Assembly (NCBI GenBank): GCA_963676565.1
Contig: OY781089.1
Location: 2,624,001 to 2,688,000 of the forward strand
DNA from: Halarcobacter sp.
GTDB taxonomy: Bacteria > Campylobacterota > Campylobacteria > Campylobacterales > Arcobacteraceae
Reading direction: 5' to 3'
DNA: 64,000 nucleotides
Shown here: positions 49,948 to 61,173 of the stretch, one piece after another
Layout: every line of letters starts with the position of its first letter
Numbering within the stretch: the first letter of the stretch is position 1
Translations under genes and position numbers: made by a program
The notes under the pieces: model-generated
Databases searched by the model: none
The model's input: the letters and a program-made list of their open reading frames with translations, nothing else
What the model was told of the DNA's origin: nothing

Positions 49948-51000
49948 GTGGGAACTATAACATTTTTATTAGTACTTTCTTTTTTAGTATTTTTCCATGA
50001 ATTGGGACATTTTTTAGCTGCAAGATTTTTTGGAGTAAAAGTTCATGTATTCTCTATTGGTTTTGGGAAAAGACTTTTTTCAAAGGAATGGAAAGGTACA
50101 ACTTGGCAATTTGCATTAATACCACTTGGTGGATATGTAAAAATGAAGGGTCAAGATGATACTAAACCTGGTTTAGAAGAAGAAGGAAACGACTCTTATA
50201 ACAACAAAACACCATGGCAAAGAATTGTAATACTTTTTGCAGGTCCTTTTGCAAACTTTATACTTGCAGCGATTCTTTACTTTGTAATAGCCCTTGGAGG
50301 AGCAAATTCTTTAAGTCCTACAATTGGTAATGTTCAAGAAAATTCACCTGCAATGAGAGCTGGAATAAAAGAAGGCGACGTAATTATTAGGATCAATGAT
50401 GTTGAGATCAAAACGTGGGATCAAATAGGAAAAACTATTATCTCTTCACAAGGTGCTCTTAAATTTTTTATTCAAAGGGATGGAAAAGTTATTGCAAAAA
50501 CAATAAATCCACATATCTCAGATGCACAAAATATATTTAGAGAAACAATTAAAAAAAGAATGGTAGGTATATCTCCCGCACCAAAACTTGTAACAATATA
50601 TCATGATCCAATCTCTGCAGTCTCTTACGCTTGGGATAAAACAATTGAATCATCAAAAATGATTTTCCAAGGTGTACAAAAATTAATACAAGGTGTTGTG
50701 CCTAGTTCTGAAGTTGGTGGAGTTATTACTATTGGAAAAGTTATATCAGATGCTAGTGAATCTAGTATAATTGCCCTACTTGCAATTACAGCTTTAATTT
50801 CTGTTAACCTTGGAGTTTTAAATCTACTTCCAATTCCAGCACTTGATGGTGGACATATAATGTTTAATTTATATGAAATTATTGCAAGAAGGAAACCAAG
50901 TGACCAAGTATTTATGTATTTGACTATTGCTGGATGGGTTGTATTAGCTTCATTGATGTTACTTGGAATTTATAACGATATTAATAGATTATTAGGATAA
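49948..51000 (+). CDS. rseP: RIP metalloprotease RseP
   Basis: HELGH, PDZ domain, NLLPIPALDGG. Confidence 0.95.
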   Translation: MGTITFLLVLSFLVFFHELGHFLAARFFGVKVHVFSIGFGKRLFSKEWKGTTWQFALIPLGGYVKMKGQDDTKPGLEEEGNDSYNNKTPWQRIVILFAGPFANFILAAILYFVIALGGANSLSPTIGNVQENSPAMRAGIKEGDVIIRINDVEIKTWDQIGKTIISSQGALKFFIQRDGKVIAKTINPHISDAQNIFRETIKKRMVGISPAPKLVTIYHDPISAVSYAWDKTIESSKMIFQGVQKLIQGVVPSSEVGGVITIGKVISDASESSIIALLAITALISVNLGVLNLLPIPALDGGHIMFNLYEIIARRKPSDQVFMYLTIAGWVVLASLMLLGIYNDINRLLG

Positions 51001-51003
51001 TAA

Positions 51004-51681
51004 ATGGATAATAAAAAAGCAGTTGAAAACCTTGATAAGGTTATTTCAAAAGTTGAAGCAGCAAGACTTAGAGTATCAGAACACCATATAGTAAAAATTG
51101 TTGGTATTTCTAAATATTCAAGTTCCCAAGATGTGAAATTTTTATATGAAGCAGGTCAGCGAGCTTTTGGGGAAAATAAGGTTCAAGATTTAAAACAAAA
51201 AAGTGCTGAATTAGAAGACTTACCTTTAGAATGGCACTTTGTTGGAAGACTACAAAAAAATAAAATCAATAACCTTATTGATTTAAACCCAACATTAATT
51301 CAATCACTTGATTCTTTAGAATTAGCAGAAGAGCTAAATAAAAAATTAGAGGCAAAAGATAAAAAACTATCTTGTCTTTTACAAATTAACTCAGCAAAAG
51401 AGGATAGTAAAACTGGTGTTATGCCAGAAGATGCAATTGAAATTTATAAAAAAATACTTGAAACTTGTCCAAATATCAGATTAAAAGGTGTTATGAGTAT
51501 TGGTGCACATGTTGAAGAAAGAGAAACTATTAAAAATTCATTTAAGATTACAAAAGATATTTTTGATTCTTTAAAAGTTCATGGCGCTAAATATTGTTCA
51601 ATGGGAATGAGTAATGATTTTGAACTTGCAATTTCATGTGGGTCTAATATGATTAGAGTGGGTTCTAGTTTATTTAAATAA
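51004..51681 (+). CDS. yggS: PLP homeostasis protein YggS
   Basis: FGENKVQ, WHFVGRLQKNK, SMGMSND, IRVGS. Confidence 0.95.
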   Translation: MDNKKAVENLDKVISKVEAARLRVSEHHIVKIVGISKYSSSQDVKFLYEAGQRAFGENKVQDLKQKSAELEDLPLEWHFVGRLQKNKINNLIDLNPTLIQSLDSLELAEELNKKLEAKDKKLSCLLQINSAKEDSKTGVMPEDAIEIYKKILETCPNIRLKGVMSIGAHVEERETIKNSFKITKDIFDSLKVHGAKYCSMGMSNDFELAISCGSNMIRVGSSLFK

Positions 51682-51750
51682 GTTTATTTATTATTTAGAT
51701 ATTTACAGTAAATTTTCTATATAATATAACAATTCAAAAAAAGGTTTTAT

Positions 51751-53250
51751 TTGAATAGTATAAAAGAAATTGAAAAATGGTTAAATAAACACGAAATTAC
51801 AAACTACACAATTTTTTCCAATTTAAACATTGCAGTTGATGGTAATGTAAATCTTAGAAATAAACTAGAAGAAGATATGCTTCCTGTTAAATTTGAAAAA
51901 GTTACAGGATATTTTGATATAGCAGAAAATAATCTTATCTCACTTGAAGGCTGTCCACAAATTGTTTTAAAAGATTTTGATTGTTCTAGTAATAATCTTA
52001 CTTCACTATTTGGAGCACCTAATAGTGTTTTAGATTTTGATTGCTCAAATAATAAACTAACTTCACTATCTTATGCGCCTAAAGATGTTGATGGATTTTT
52101 TAATTGTTCAAATAATTTATTAACTTCTATAGAAGGATCACCAAGACATATCCAAGGTTATTTCAAATGTTCAAACAATAAATTAGTCTCTTTAAAAGGA
52201 GCCCCTAAACAAATAAAAGATTATTTTGATTGTTCTAACAACAATATCTCATCATTAAAAGATGGTCCAATGAGTGTTGGTCAAGATTATATTTGCCACT
52301 TAAATGAACTAAGAAGCTTAGATGATATTGCAGATGATATTGGTTGGGATGTAATAACAGATATAAACCTTAATAATATAGAATCAAGTGTTTTTGATGA
52401 AGATAACAAATACTGGAAATACAAAGGTACTGAAGTTATTAAACACATTTACAAACCTATTGTAGTGTTTGAGACAAAAGATGATATTATGAAATGGCTT
52501 CGTTCAAATAGTATTAAAGATTTTAAAATTTTAGATGATAATTCTGTAGATGTAACAGGGGATGTTAGATTATCAGGAGCTCTTGAAAACTTCCAAAAAC
52601 TACCAATTAATTTCCATGAGATAAAAGGGAACTTTGATATTAGTGATAATGTCTTAACTTCTTTAGAAGGAAGCCCTAAAATAGTACATGGTGATTTTTT
52701 AGCCCACAAAAATGAATTAGTTTCTTTAAAAGGTGGTCCTAAAGAGGTTTCTAAAAACTTTGTTGTATTAAAAAATAATCTCACTTCACTTCAGTTTTCA
52801 CCCTCTTTCGTTGGAGAAGATTATATATGTTCAAACAATCCTATTAAATCTTTAGAAGGTATTGTAGATGTAGGTGGTTCAATTTTTACAAGCTTATATA
52901 TATCTTCTATAAAATCAAAAGAGTTTAACTTTCATTCAATAAAAACGTATAGATATGATGGAAGTTTAGTTTTAAACTATTTAGAAAAAGAGTATGTTAC
53001 ATTAACTGAAGAGGAAAAAATCTATAACAAAACAAGGGACAATCTAGAAAAAGTTGTCAAAAAAATGATAAGAGATAAATCATTAAAACCTGAGATGATT
53101 AATGATAACTTTTTAAAAAATTTAACAAAATACAATTTATTAAATCTTAAAAAACAAGTTTTAGAAATAAAATCTCCAAAACAAAAAGATAGCAAAAAAG
53201 AGCTAAGTGAAGCTGAGATTTTAGAATCAGTTTTTAACAAGGAGATTTAA
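51751..53250 (+). CDS. Leucine-rich-repeat-like protein with internally duplicated module
   Basis: Repeats of F.CSNN.L.SL.G.P; the N-terminal cap (KWL...I....I.....V.G.V.L) occurs twice. Confidence 0.75.
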   Translation: MNSIKEIEKWLNKHEITNYTIFSNLNIAVDGNVNLRNKLEEDMLPVKFEKVTGYFDIAENNLISLEGCPQIVLKDFDCSSNNLTSLFGAPNSVLDFDCSNNKLTSLSYAPKDVDGFFNCSNNLLTSIEGSPRHIQGYFKCSNNKLVSLKGAPKQIKDYFDCSNNNISSLKDGPMSVGQDYICHLNELRSLDDIADDIGWDVITDINLNNIESSVFDEDNKYWKYKGTEVIKHIYKPIVVFETKDDIMKWLRSNSIKDFKILDDNSVDVTGDVRLSGALENFQKLPINFHEIKGNFDISDNVLTSLEGSPKIVHGDFLAHKNELVSLKGGPKEVSKNFVVLKNNLTSLQFSPSFVGEDYICSNNPIKSLEGIVDVGGSIFTSLYISSIKSKEFNFHSIKTYRYDGSLVLNYLEKEYVTLTEEEKIYNKTRDNLEKVVKKMIRDKSLKPEMINDNFLKNLTKYNLLNLKKQVLEIKSPKQKDSKKELSEAEILESVFNKEI

Positions 53251-53492
53251 TGGAAGTTTCTAAAAACTTTAATAGATATGATTCTACAATATCACCAAAT
53301 TATGATGTTCAAAGAAATTCAAGAACTAACAATGTTAGTACTATTAAAAGTTTTTTAGAAGCTTTTAGAATAGATTTAAGTCCTAGAGCTCGTGCAAGTA
53401 GTGAAATCAATGATCCTTCAATTAAATTTCCTACTTACAATGAAGATGTTCTACAATATAATCAAAATTTAAAGTTAACTTATAAGCCTTAA
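53250..53492 (+). CDS. Hypothetical protein
   Basis: 80 aa; aaggag RBS; start overlaps the LRR gene stop. Confidence 0.6.
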   Translation: MEVSKNFNRYDSTISPNYDVQRNSRTNNVSTIKSFLEAFRIDLSPRARASSEINDPSIKFPTYNEDVLQYNQNLKLTYKP

Positions 53493-54283
53493 ATATCTAA
53501 AGAGTTTTTAAATTTTTTCAACTCTTCTTCTATAGAAGGAACTCTCATAAAATGTTCCCCAATTAAAAATGCATCTGCACCAATTGAGCTTAAGTTTTTT
53601 ATAATCTCTGTATTACTTACACCACTTTCAGCAACTATAATCTTCCCATTTGGAATCATTGGAATTAATCTTTCACATAAAGACATATCCATTTCCATTG
53701 TTTCAAGATTTCTATGGTTTATACCAACAATATGTGCTCCACATTTCATTGCTTTTGTTAAGTCTTCTTTATCATGAACTTCAACTAAAACTTCAAGCCC
53801 TAAGTGTAGTGCATACTCATATAACTCTTTTAAATCTTTAGTACTTAAACTCTTTGCAATAAGTAAAATAAAATCTGCTCCATATACTAATGCTTCAACA
53901 ATTTGATACTTATCTAAAATAAAATCTTTTCTTAAAAGTGGAGTTGGAACATATCTTCTAATTTGAGTTAAATACTCTAAATTACCTTGAAAATAGTGAG
54001 GTTCAGTTAAAACAGAAATTGCATTTGCACCATTGTTTGAATACTCTTGTGCAATTACTAATGGATCAAAATCCTCTTTAATCACACCCTTACTAGGACT
54101 AGCTTTTTTAACCTCAGCAATAATTCTAATAGGTTCTTCTTTTGTTGAAGTCAAGTAAGGTTTTACATCCCTAGGTGCAAATGGATTTGCACTTAAACTT
54201 CTACCAAGTAAGTCTAAAGGCATATCCTTTTTTCTTTTTTCAACATCCTCTAATGTTCTTTTATTAATTTCATCTAAAATCAC
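53489..54283 (-). CDS. trpC: Indole-3-glycerol phosphate synthase
   Basis: [32 protein letters not shown]. Confidence 0.97.
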   Translation of the reverse strand: MILDEINKRTLEDVEKRKKDMPLDLLGRSLSANPFAPRDVKPYLTSTKEEPIRIIAEVKKASPSKGVIKEDFDPLVIAQEYSNNGANAISVLTEPHYFQGNLEYLTQIRRYVPTPLLRKDFILDKYQIVEALVYGADFILLIAKSLSTKDLKELYEYALHLGLEVLVEVHDKEDLTKAMKCGAHIVGINHRNLETMEMDMSLCERLIPMIPNGKIIVAESGVSNTEIIKNLSSIGADAFLIGEHFMRVPSIEEELKKFKNSLDI

Positions 54284-55590
54284 TTACTACACTCCTTAAT
54301 TTTTTCCCAATGTAATTTTATCTCTTCATCATTTAATCCAGCGCTATCAACAACCTTTTTCATGTTTTTATAGGCATTTTTACAATCTTTTAATTTATAT
54401 TGACCCCAAGCAAGGGAATCAATATATGCTAAGTTATGTGGTGCTTTTTCCAATGCTTTTTTAACAAGAGTAATACCTCTGTCAATATCAATGTCAAAAT
54501 CAATTAAAATATACCCTAGGTAGTTTTGATAAACATGATTATCTAAAATAATTAACACATCTTCAAACTTTTTTATAACATCTTTTAAAACATCTTTTTT
54601 ATTTTTAGCCATCTCAAACTCAATTATTGCAATTTGAGCTAGATAATCTATACTTGAACTTTCTTTATATAATTTATTTGCTAAATCATAAGCTTTTTTA
54701 TAATTATTAGAACTTCTATAAAGAGTTAGTAATTTTTCATTATCTGCATTACTTTCTTCTAAAAACTTTATCGCTTCATTAATATCTTTTTTCTCTAAAT
54801 AATACATCAATAGTTTATAAACCCTGTCTAAAGATAGATTATTTTCTAAATTTTTTGCTTTATTATACGTATTCTTTAAAACTCTTATTATTCCATCAAT
54901 GTTTTTTTCTTCTTGATAAAAAGTTAATAATCTTGAGCAAACTTGTTCTTCACATCCATTCATTTGAGTATAAGTTTCTAAAAGATTTATCGCTTCTTTT
55001 TTCTCATCTAAATATATATACATTACATTTACTAAAGAGAGTAGATATTTTGAGTCTAAATCTTTTTTATAAAGCGTTTCATAAAGTTTTTTTGCTTTCT
55101 CATATTGCTCTTTTTGAATATAAATATTTCCTAATAAGTCATAATTTTTATCATTCTCTTCAAGTTTTAAAAGTTCTTTTGTTTCCTCTAATGCTTTATC
55201 CAAATTAGCTGATTGCATTAGAGATAAGATATAAACCTTTTTTATCTGAATTTCTTTATTTTCTATATTTTTAATATTTGAATCAACAATCGATAAAACA
55301 TCATTATAATCTTTCAAAGCAAATGATATTTTAATATATTCTAATAGGTACTCATCATTTAAAGTTTTTTCATATAACCTTTTATATAGTTCCCTTGCTT
55401 CATCTTTTTGACCTTGTCTATCAAATTCTAAGGCAAACATAACATATTTATCTTCATGTTCAAAAGCTTTATATTTAAACTTCTTTTTTATTAAGTTTTC
55501 AGAATATGGCTGTGGTGAATTAACTTTTTCACATCCAGTAATAAACAAAAATAAAAATAATAATACTAAAATACTTTTATAGCTGGACAC
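54280..55590 (-). CDS. TPR-repeat lipoprotein
   Basis: Lipobox [17 protein letters not shown]. Confidence 0.85.
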   Translation of the reverse strand: MSSYKSILVLLFLFLFITGCEKVNSPQPYSENLIKKKFKYKAFEHEDKYVMFALEFDRQGQKDEARELYKRLYEKTLNDEYLLEYIKISFALKDYNDVLSIVDSNIKNIENKEIQIKKVYILSLMQSANLDKALEETKELLKLEENDKNYDLLGNIYIQKEQYEKAKKLYETLYKKDLDSKYLLSLVNVMYIYLDEKKEAINLLETYTQMNGCEEQVCSRLLTFYQEEKNIDGIIRVLKNTYNKAKNLENNLSLDRVYKLLMYYLEKKDINEAIKFLEESNADNEKLLTLYRSSNNYKKAYDLANKLYKESSSIDYLAQIAIIEFEMAKNKKDVLKDVIKKFEDVLIILDNHVYQNYLGYILIDFDIDIDRGITLVKKALEKAPHNLAYIDSLAWGQYKLKDCKNAYKNMKKVVDSAGLNDEEIKLHWEKIKECSK

Positions 55591-55946
55591 TCTTTTATTA
55601 CCTCTTCTTTATGATTTTTAAAATAATCCCAAAAAGGGAAAGTTCTACATTGTATCGGTCTTGCCTCATAAATAGAACATTGTTTCTTTTCTAAGTTAAA
55701 AAAAACACATGCATAATTATCACTTGAGAGTTTTACCTCTTTAATACTATACTTATACCCTCTTTTTTCTAAAAATCTAACTCTTAATTCTTCTAATGGA
55801 ATATCTAAATGACTACTTAAGTTTTCTATTTCCTGTTTATTAATCCAAATATTTCCACTTTCACCAATACAGCAGTTTCCTTCACAAGTATCGCAACCTT
55901 GTGTATCAAAACCAAAATCAAAACCTTCTTTTTTTATTATATTCAT
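55566..55946 (-). CDS. YkgJ-family cysteine-cluster protein
   Basis: CxxCxGxCC...CVFF...CSIYEARPIQCRTFPFW. Confidence 0.92.
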   Translation of the reverse strand: MNIIKKEGFDFGFDTQGCDTCEGNCCIGESGNIWINKQEIENLSSHLDIPLEELRVRFLEKRGYKYSIKEVKLSSDNYACVFFNLEKKQCSIYEARPIQCRTFPFWDYFKNHKEEVIKECPAIKVF

Positions 55947-56653
55947 ATCTCTACTTTTATACTATGAGTTGATGACTTTTTATAAATCTCTTTTACATCA
56001 TGGGTAAAATCATCATTTTCAAAAACTATCAAAGGACTTAAAACCCTAAGTAATGATTTTGAATTTTTCCTTGCATATACTAAAACTAAAGTAGCATCTT
56101 TACTTTGTTTTGGATGAACAAATTGTAATGATTCAATATTTAATTTTACTTCATTTAAAATTTCTATTATTTCATTTAACTGTTTTGCATCATAACAAAA
56201 GAAAAATTTTCCATTTGATTTTAATATCTTTGAAGTTTTTCTTACAAACTCTTTCAAAGGAAATTTATCATTATATCTAGCCACTTTGATATTTTCATTT
56301 TCACTTTTTATTACATTACTATGGTAAAATGGTGGGTTTGATACGCACATATCAAACTGCTTTTCAAAGTCCATATCTAAAAATGAGCCTTTAAACATAG
56401 TTGTACTAATCTTATTACACTGTGAATTTCTCAATGAAAACTCTTGGAAACTTGTTTGTATTTCACATTGATTAAGATTTACTTTTTCATACTCCCTTGC
56501 AACTAATAAACCTAAAATACCGCTTCCACTTCCAATATCTAGAAGCTCACCATTTATGTTTTTAAATTTAGCAAGATTTTGTGTTATAAAATTATATAAA
56601 AAATGTGTGTCACTATTATAGCAATAACCATTACTTGGTTGATATAATACCAA
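55943..56653 (-). CDS. tRNA1(Val) (adenine37-N6)-methyltransferase-like
   Basis: YQP..GY.YNSD, LDIGSGSGIL, SNPPFY. Confidence 0.85.
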   Translation of the reverse strand: MVLYQPSNGYCYNSDTHFLYNFITQNLAKFKNINGELLDIGSGSGILGLLVAREYEKVNLNQCEIQTSFQEFSLRNSQCNKISTTMFKGSFLDMDFEKQFDMCVSNPPFYHSNVIKSENENIKVARYNDKFPLKEFVRKTSKILKSNGKFFFCYDAKQLNEIIEILNEVKLNIESLQFVHPKQSKDATLVLVYARKNSKSLLRVLSPLIVFENDDFTHDVKEIYKKSSTHSIKVEI

Positions 56654-56929
56654 AGAAAGACCTCCAAAAAAATTACAAGATTATATCTAATTTATCATTA
56701 ATAAAAATTTCTATTAGTCACGATTACTTCACGTTGATTTTGTAAACTTCGTAAATAAATTTTCAAATGAATTTACGTAAGTTCATGTTTCATTATAAAA
56801 CAAACATATTTTGAATAATTTATTTTTATAAGATTAAATTAACTTTATTTATTAGTTTTAGTTAGTATAATTAAATTGTGTTTGAGATTAAATTGATAAT
56901 TTCAAAGAAAAATTTACAAGGGGAAAACA

Positions 56930-57253
56930 ATGGCAATAAAAGAAGCTCCAGCGAATACTCCAGTATGGGTAGATGAAACAAGATGTAAAGCATGTGACGT
57001 TTGTGTTTCTGTATGTCCTGCAGGTGTTTTAGCTATGAGACAAGAGCCTACTTCTACACTTGGTGCAATGGTATCAATCATTGCTAAAGACTCATGTATT
57101 GGTTGTATGGATTGTGAATTATCATGTCCTGACTTTGCTATTTATGTTGCAGATAAAAAAGAATTTAAGTTTGCAAAATTAACAGAAGACGCAAAATCAA
57201 GAGGTGAAGCCATCAAGAAAAATAATTACAGAGTTCTAAGTGAAGGGGTATAA
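56930..57253 (+). CDS. oorD: 2-oxoglutarate:acceptor oxidoreductase delta subunit (2x[4Fe-4S])
   Basis: CKACDVCVSVCP and CIGCMDCELSCP. Confidence 0.93.
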   Translation: MAIKEAPANTPVWVDETRCKACDVCVSVCPAGVLAMRQEPTSTLGAMVSIIAKDSCIGCMDCELSCPDFAIYVADKKEFKFAKLTEDAKSRGEAIKKNNYRVLSEGV

Positions 57254-58384
57254 ATGGCAAGGGAATTAATATCAACAGGAAATGACTTAGCTGCAATTGC
57301 TGCAGTTGATGCAGGATGTGAATTTTTTGCAGGATATCCAATCACACCATCATCAGAAGTTATGCATACTATCTCTGATTTATTACCAAAACAAGGTAGC
57401 GCAGCAATCCAAATGGAAGATGAGATTGCAGGAGTATGTGCTGCTTTGGGTGCTGCAATGTCAGGGAAAAGATCATTAACAGCAACTAGTGGACCAGGAA
57501 TATCTTTAAAGGCTGAAAATATTGGTCTTGGATATATTGCAGAAGTCCCATTAGTAATTATAAATGTAATGAGAGGTGGACCATCAACTGGACTTCCTAC
57601 ACGTGTTCAACAAGGTGATGTTCTTCAAGCAAAGGCACCAACACATGGAGATTATAAATCAATTACAGTTTGTGCTGGAAACCTAGAAGAGTGTTATACT
57701 GAAACTGTTAGAGCTTTTAATCTAGCAGATAGATTTATGCAACCTGTATTTGTACTTTTAGATGAAACTATTGGACATATGTCTGGAAAAGCTGTACTTC
57801 CTGATTTAGAAGAGATAAAAGCAGGAATAAAGCCAAGAAGAGTTTTTGAAGGTGACCCAAAAGAATACAAACCTTATGAGGTTCCACAAGATGAACCAGC
57901 AATTTTAAATCCAATGTTTCAAGGTTACAGGTACCACTTTACTGGATTACACCATGATGCAAATGGTCACCCAACTGAAGATGCAAAAAAATGTGAAGAT
58001 TTAATTGAGCGATTATTTAATAAAGTTGAAGCACATGTAGATGAGATTGATTCATATGAAGAATATAAACTTGATGATGCAGATATTATGATTATTGCTT
58101 ATGGTTCAGTTTCACTTTCAGTTCGAGAAGCAATTAGTAGACTTAGAGAAGAAGGGATTAAAGTTGGTATGTTTAGACCAATTACTCTTTGGCCAAGTCC
58201 TGAAGCAAAAATTGAAGAATTATGTAATAAATTTGACAAGGTGTTAGTTACTGAACTTAATATGGGACAATATATTCAAGAGATTGAAAGAGCAAGTGGA
58301 AGAAGAGATTTCCATAAACTTTTTAAAGCGAATGGTAGGCCAATAGCTCCACTTGAAATTATAGAAAAAATAAAAGGGATGTAA
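57254..58384 (+). CDS. oorA: 2-oxoglutarate:acceptor oxidoreductase alpha subunit
   Basis: GYPITPSSE, QMEDEI, TSGPG, RGGPSTGLPT. Confidence 0.94.
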   Translation: MARELISTGNDLAAIAAVDAGCEFFAGYPITPSSEVMHTISDLLPKQGSAAIQMEDEIAGVCAALGAAMSGKRSLTATSGPGISLKAENIGLGYIAEVPLVIINVMRGGPSTGLPTRVQQGDVLQAKAPTHGDYKSITVCAGNLEECYTETVRAFNLADRFMQPVFVLLDETIGHMSGKAVLPDLEEIKAGIKPRRVFEGDPKEYKPYEVPQDEPAILNPMFQGYRYHFTGLHHDANGHPTEDAKKCEDLIERLFNKVEAHVDEIDSYEEYKLDDADIMIIAYGSVSLSVREAISRLREEGIKVGMFRPITLWPSPEAKIEELCNKFDKVLVTELNMGQYIQEIERASGRRDFHKLFKANGRPIAPLEIIEKIKGM

Positions 58385-58385
58385 G

Positions 58386-59225
58386 ATGGCTTTTAACTAT
58401 GACGAATATTTAAGAACAAACAAAATGCCAACATTATGGTGTTGGGGTTGTGGTGATGGTGTTATATTAAAAGCACTAATTAGGGCAATTGATAAACTTG
58501 GATGGAACATGGATGATGTTTGTGTTGTATCTGGAATTGGTTGTTCAGGAAGATTTTCATCTTATATAAATTGTAATACAGTTCATACAACTCATGGTAG
58601 AACTATTGCTTATGCTACAGGGATTAAATTAGCTAATCCAGATAAGCATGTAATCTGTGTTACAGGTGATGGTGATGGTTTAGCAATTGGTGGAAATCAT
58701 ACAATTCATGGTTGTAGAAGAAATATTGATATTAATCATATTGTAATTAATAACTTCATCTATGGTCTTACAAACTCTCAAACAAGTCCAACAACACCAC
58801 AAGGAATGTGGACAGTTACTATGAAAAGAGGTAATATAGACCCAACTTTTGATGCTTGTAACTTAGCAATTGGTGCAGGAGCAACTTTTGTAGCTAGAGA
58901 AACTATGCTAGATCCTAAAAAACTTGAAAAAGTTTTTGTGAAAGGTTTAGAGCATAAGGGATATTCATTTTTCGATATTTTTTCAAATTGCCATGTTAAC
59001 TTAGGTAGAAAAAATAAAATGAACTCTGCTATGGCAAATTTAGAATGGATTGATTCAATCACTATGGCAAAAACTAAATTTGAAAAATTAGAAGAGGATG
59101 ATAAAAAGAATTTATTCCCTACTGGAATATTAAAACAAGATACAACAAAAGCTGAATATACAGATTCATATAAAAAAGTGCAAGAAGCTCATCAAAATAA
59201 AACAATGGTTCAATTACAGGAGTAA
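58386..59225 (+). CDS. oorB: 2-oxoglutarate:acceptor oxidoreductase beta subunit
   Basis: WCWGCG, SGIGCS, HGR, GDGD...NN TPP-binding motif. Confidence 0.94.
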   Translation: MAFNYDEYLRTNKMPTLWCWGCGDGVILKALIRAIDKLGWNMDDVCVVSGIGCSGRFSSYINCNTVHTTHGRTIAYATGIKLANPDKHVICVTGDGDGLAIGGNHTIHGCRRNIDINHIVINNFIYGLTNSQTSPTTPQGMWTVTMKRGNIDPTFDACNLAIGAGATFVARETMLDPKKLEKVFVKGLEHKGYSFFDIFSNCHVNLGRKNKMNSAMANLEWIDSITMAKTKFEKLEEDDKKNLFPTGILKQDTTKAEYTDSYKKVQEAHQNKTMVQLQE

Positions 59226-59228
59226 ATC

Positions 59229-59786
59229 ATGGCTAGAACATTAATGAGATTTACAGGAGTAGGAGGACAAGGTGTTCTTCTTGCTGGAGCAATTTTTGCT
59301 GCAGCTAAAATAAAAGCAGGTGGTTATGGTCTAAAAACAGCAACTTATACTTCACAAGTTAGAGGTGGACCAACTGTTGTTGATATTACATTAGAGGATG
59401 AACCAATTTTATATCCATATGCAAATGATGGAGAGATTGACTTTATGCTATCTGTTGCACAAGTTTCTTATGACCAATTTAAAGGTGGGGTAAAACCTGG
59501 GGGAACTATTGTAGTTGAACCTAATTTAGTAACTCCAACTGAAGAGGACAGAAAAAAATGGAATATCTATGAGATTCCAATTATTACAATTGCAAAAGAA
59601 GAAGTTGGAAATGTTATTACTCAATCGGTTTTAGCACTTTCTATTGCAAATTTAATGACAGGAAATATTGTAGATAATGAAACATTAAGAGAAACAATGC
59701 TTTCTAAAGTTCCAGCAAAAGTTCATGAATTAAACAATAAAGCTTTTGATTTGGGATTAAAATACGCAAAAGAAGCAATTTCGTAA
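59229..59786 (+). CDS. oorC: 2-oxoglutarate:acceptor oxidoreductase gamma subunit
   Basis: GVGGQGV, YTSQVRGG. Confidence 0.94.
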   Translation: MARTLMRFTGVGGQGVLLAGAIFAAAKIKAGGYGLKTATYTSQVRGGPTVVDITLEDEPILYPYANDGEIDFMLSVAQVSYDQFKGGVKPGGTIVVEPNLVTPTEEDRKKWNIYEIPIITIAKEEVGNVITQSVLALSIANLMTGNIVDNETLRETMLSKVPAKVHELNNKAFDLGLKYAKEAIS

Positions 59787-59814
59787 ATAATTAGCTCTTT
59801 TGAGCTAATTATTT
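59785..59814. terminator. Bidirectional terminator
   Basis: aaataattagctc-tttt-gagctaattattt between convergent genes. Confidence 0.75.
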
Positions 59815-60351
59815 GATATAAACTATATAGTTATTGATTTTTTCTTCTAATCTTTTTGAAAGATGTAGATTTGAGTTTTTTAAACAAGATAAAATAAACT
59901 TAGCCTCTTTATGATAGTTAAATATTTTTTGACCATCCCAAGACTCAGGTGGTTTTTGCATATTTGTAATTCTATCTGCTAATTTAACCATTTGAATCTC
60001 ATAACCTTGAGTTAATAATTTATTAATACTATCTTCCATTTGTTCTTTTTTTGTTGGAAGTGTTTTATCTTTTGTTAAAGCATCAACACCTTCAGCAACT
60101 TCAGCACTAAAAGTTGTATATAAATCATCATAAGTTACATCAGTATCTTCAATAGTATCATGTAATAAAGCAACTGTAATTGCTAAATCTGCTTTTTTAT
60201 CTTCAATCTTTCCCTCTTGGCATGCATGCATTACCTCCATAGCAACTGAAACTAAATGGGTAATGTATGGCTCACCATCTGGAGTTTTTTGTTCACCATG
60301 AGCTTTTGCAGCATAATGTAAAGCTTTTAAATATTTTTCTTGAGAAAACAT
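59809..60351 (-). CDS. HD-domain protein (Mesh1/small alarmone hydrolase-like)
   Basis: AH..Q, PYITH, ALLHDTIEDT, VKLADRITN. Confidence 0.85.
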   Translation of the reverse strand: MFSQEKYLKALHYAAKAHGEQKTPDGEPYITHLVSVAMEVMHACQEGKIEDKKADLAITVALLHDTIEDTDVTYDDLYTTFSAEVAEGVDALTKDKTLPTKKEQMEDSINKLLTQGYEIQMVKLADRITNMQKPPESWDGQKIFNYHKEAKFILSCLKNSNLHLSKRLEEKINNYIVYIK

Positions 60352-61169
60352 TATTTATTCTCCTCTTTCTTTTCATTTCTTTTTTTACCATTGTTAACTT
60401 CCATTCTTGGCATAACAGGTTTAGCATTTTTTGAAAAATCAATTAAGTCTTCAACAGTTTTTACACTTTCGTTTAAACATTTAAAGGATTTTTCTAAAAT
60501 ATATGTAGTACTTAATGCATCACTATAAGCTCTATGATGATTATCTATGTTTATATTTAAATCCTCTTTTAAATATTTTAAACCATATCTATTTGCTTTA
60601 ATTGTTCTTCTTGCTAAATCAATGGTACATAATTTTCTATTTTGCAATCTTCCTAAATCATATTTTTGTAAAGATGCTGAGATAAAATTATAGTCAAATT
60701 TAATATCATGGGCAACAAATACATCATCACCTAAAAAAAGCTTGAACTCCTCTAATACTTTTTTAATAGTTGGAGCATCTTCAAGCATACAAGGTGTGAT
60801 TTTTGTAACCTCTTGGATATATTCTGGGATAAATTTTTCATATACTAAGGTTTCATACTTATCAATTATTTCACCATTTTTATATTTTACTGCACCAATT
60901 TCTATAATTTGATGCCCTTTTTTAACATTTCCACCATTTGTTTCAATATCAACAATACAAAATGTTTGATCTTTTATTAAAGTATTAGTTGTTAGTAAAA
61001 TAACCTTATCATCAACTATATCTAGTGGCATCCCATTTGATAGTAAAAGTTCAAATTCCAATTGAGGGTTATCAAAAAATCTATCTTTATTTTTTGATAA
61101 TAAATCTAGAAACTCTTCATAGTCAATGGGACTTTTTTTAAGTTTATCTACTAACCTTTGAAAAAACAT
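60351..61169 (-). CDS. 3'-5' exonuclease (DEDDh, DNA Pol III epsilon-like)
   Basis: VDIETNG, VAHD..FD, HHRAYSDA. Confidence 0.9.
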   Translation of the reverse strand: MFFQRLVDKLKKSPIDYEEFLDLLSKNKDRFFDNPQLEFELLLSNGMPLDIVDDKVILLTTNTLIKDQTFCIVDIETNGGNVKKGHQIIEIGAVKYKNGEIIDKYETLVYEKFIPEYIQEVTKITPCMLEDAPTIKKVLEEFKLFLGDDVFVAHDIKFDYNFISASLQKYDLGRLQNRKLCTIDLARRTIKANRYGLKYLKEDLNINIDNHHRAYSDALSTTYILEKSFKCLNESVKTVEDLIDFSKNAKPVMPRMEVNNGKKRNEKKEENK

Positions 61170-61173
61170 ATTA

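Noticed and set aside
56893..56905. FNR-like box ttgataatttcaa before oorD
   Set aside because: Spacing is one base short of TTGAT-N4-ATCAA and the second half-site is imperfect.
59809..60351. HD protein as the antitoxin of a toxSAS system
   Set aside because: No adjacent alarmone synthetase; it sits at the end of the rpe-trpF-exonuclease housekeeping run.
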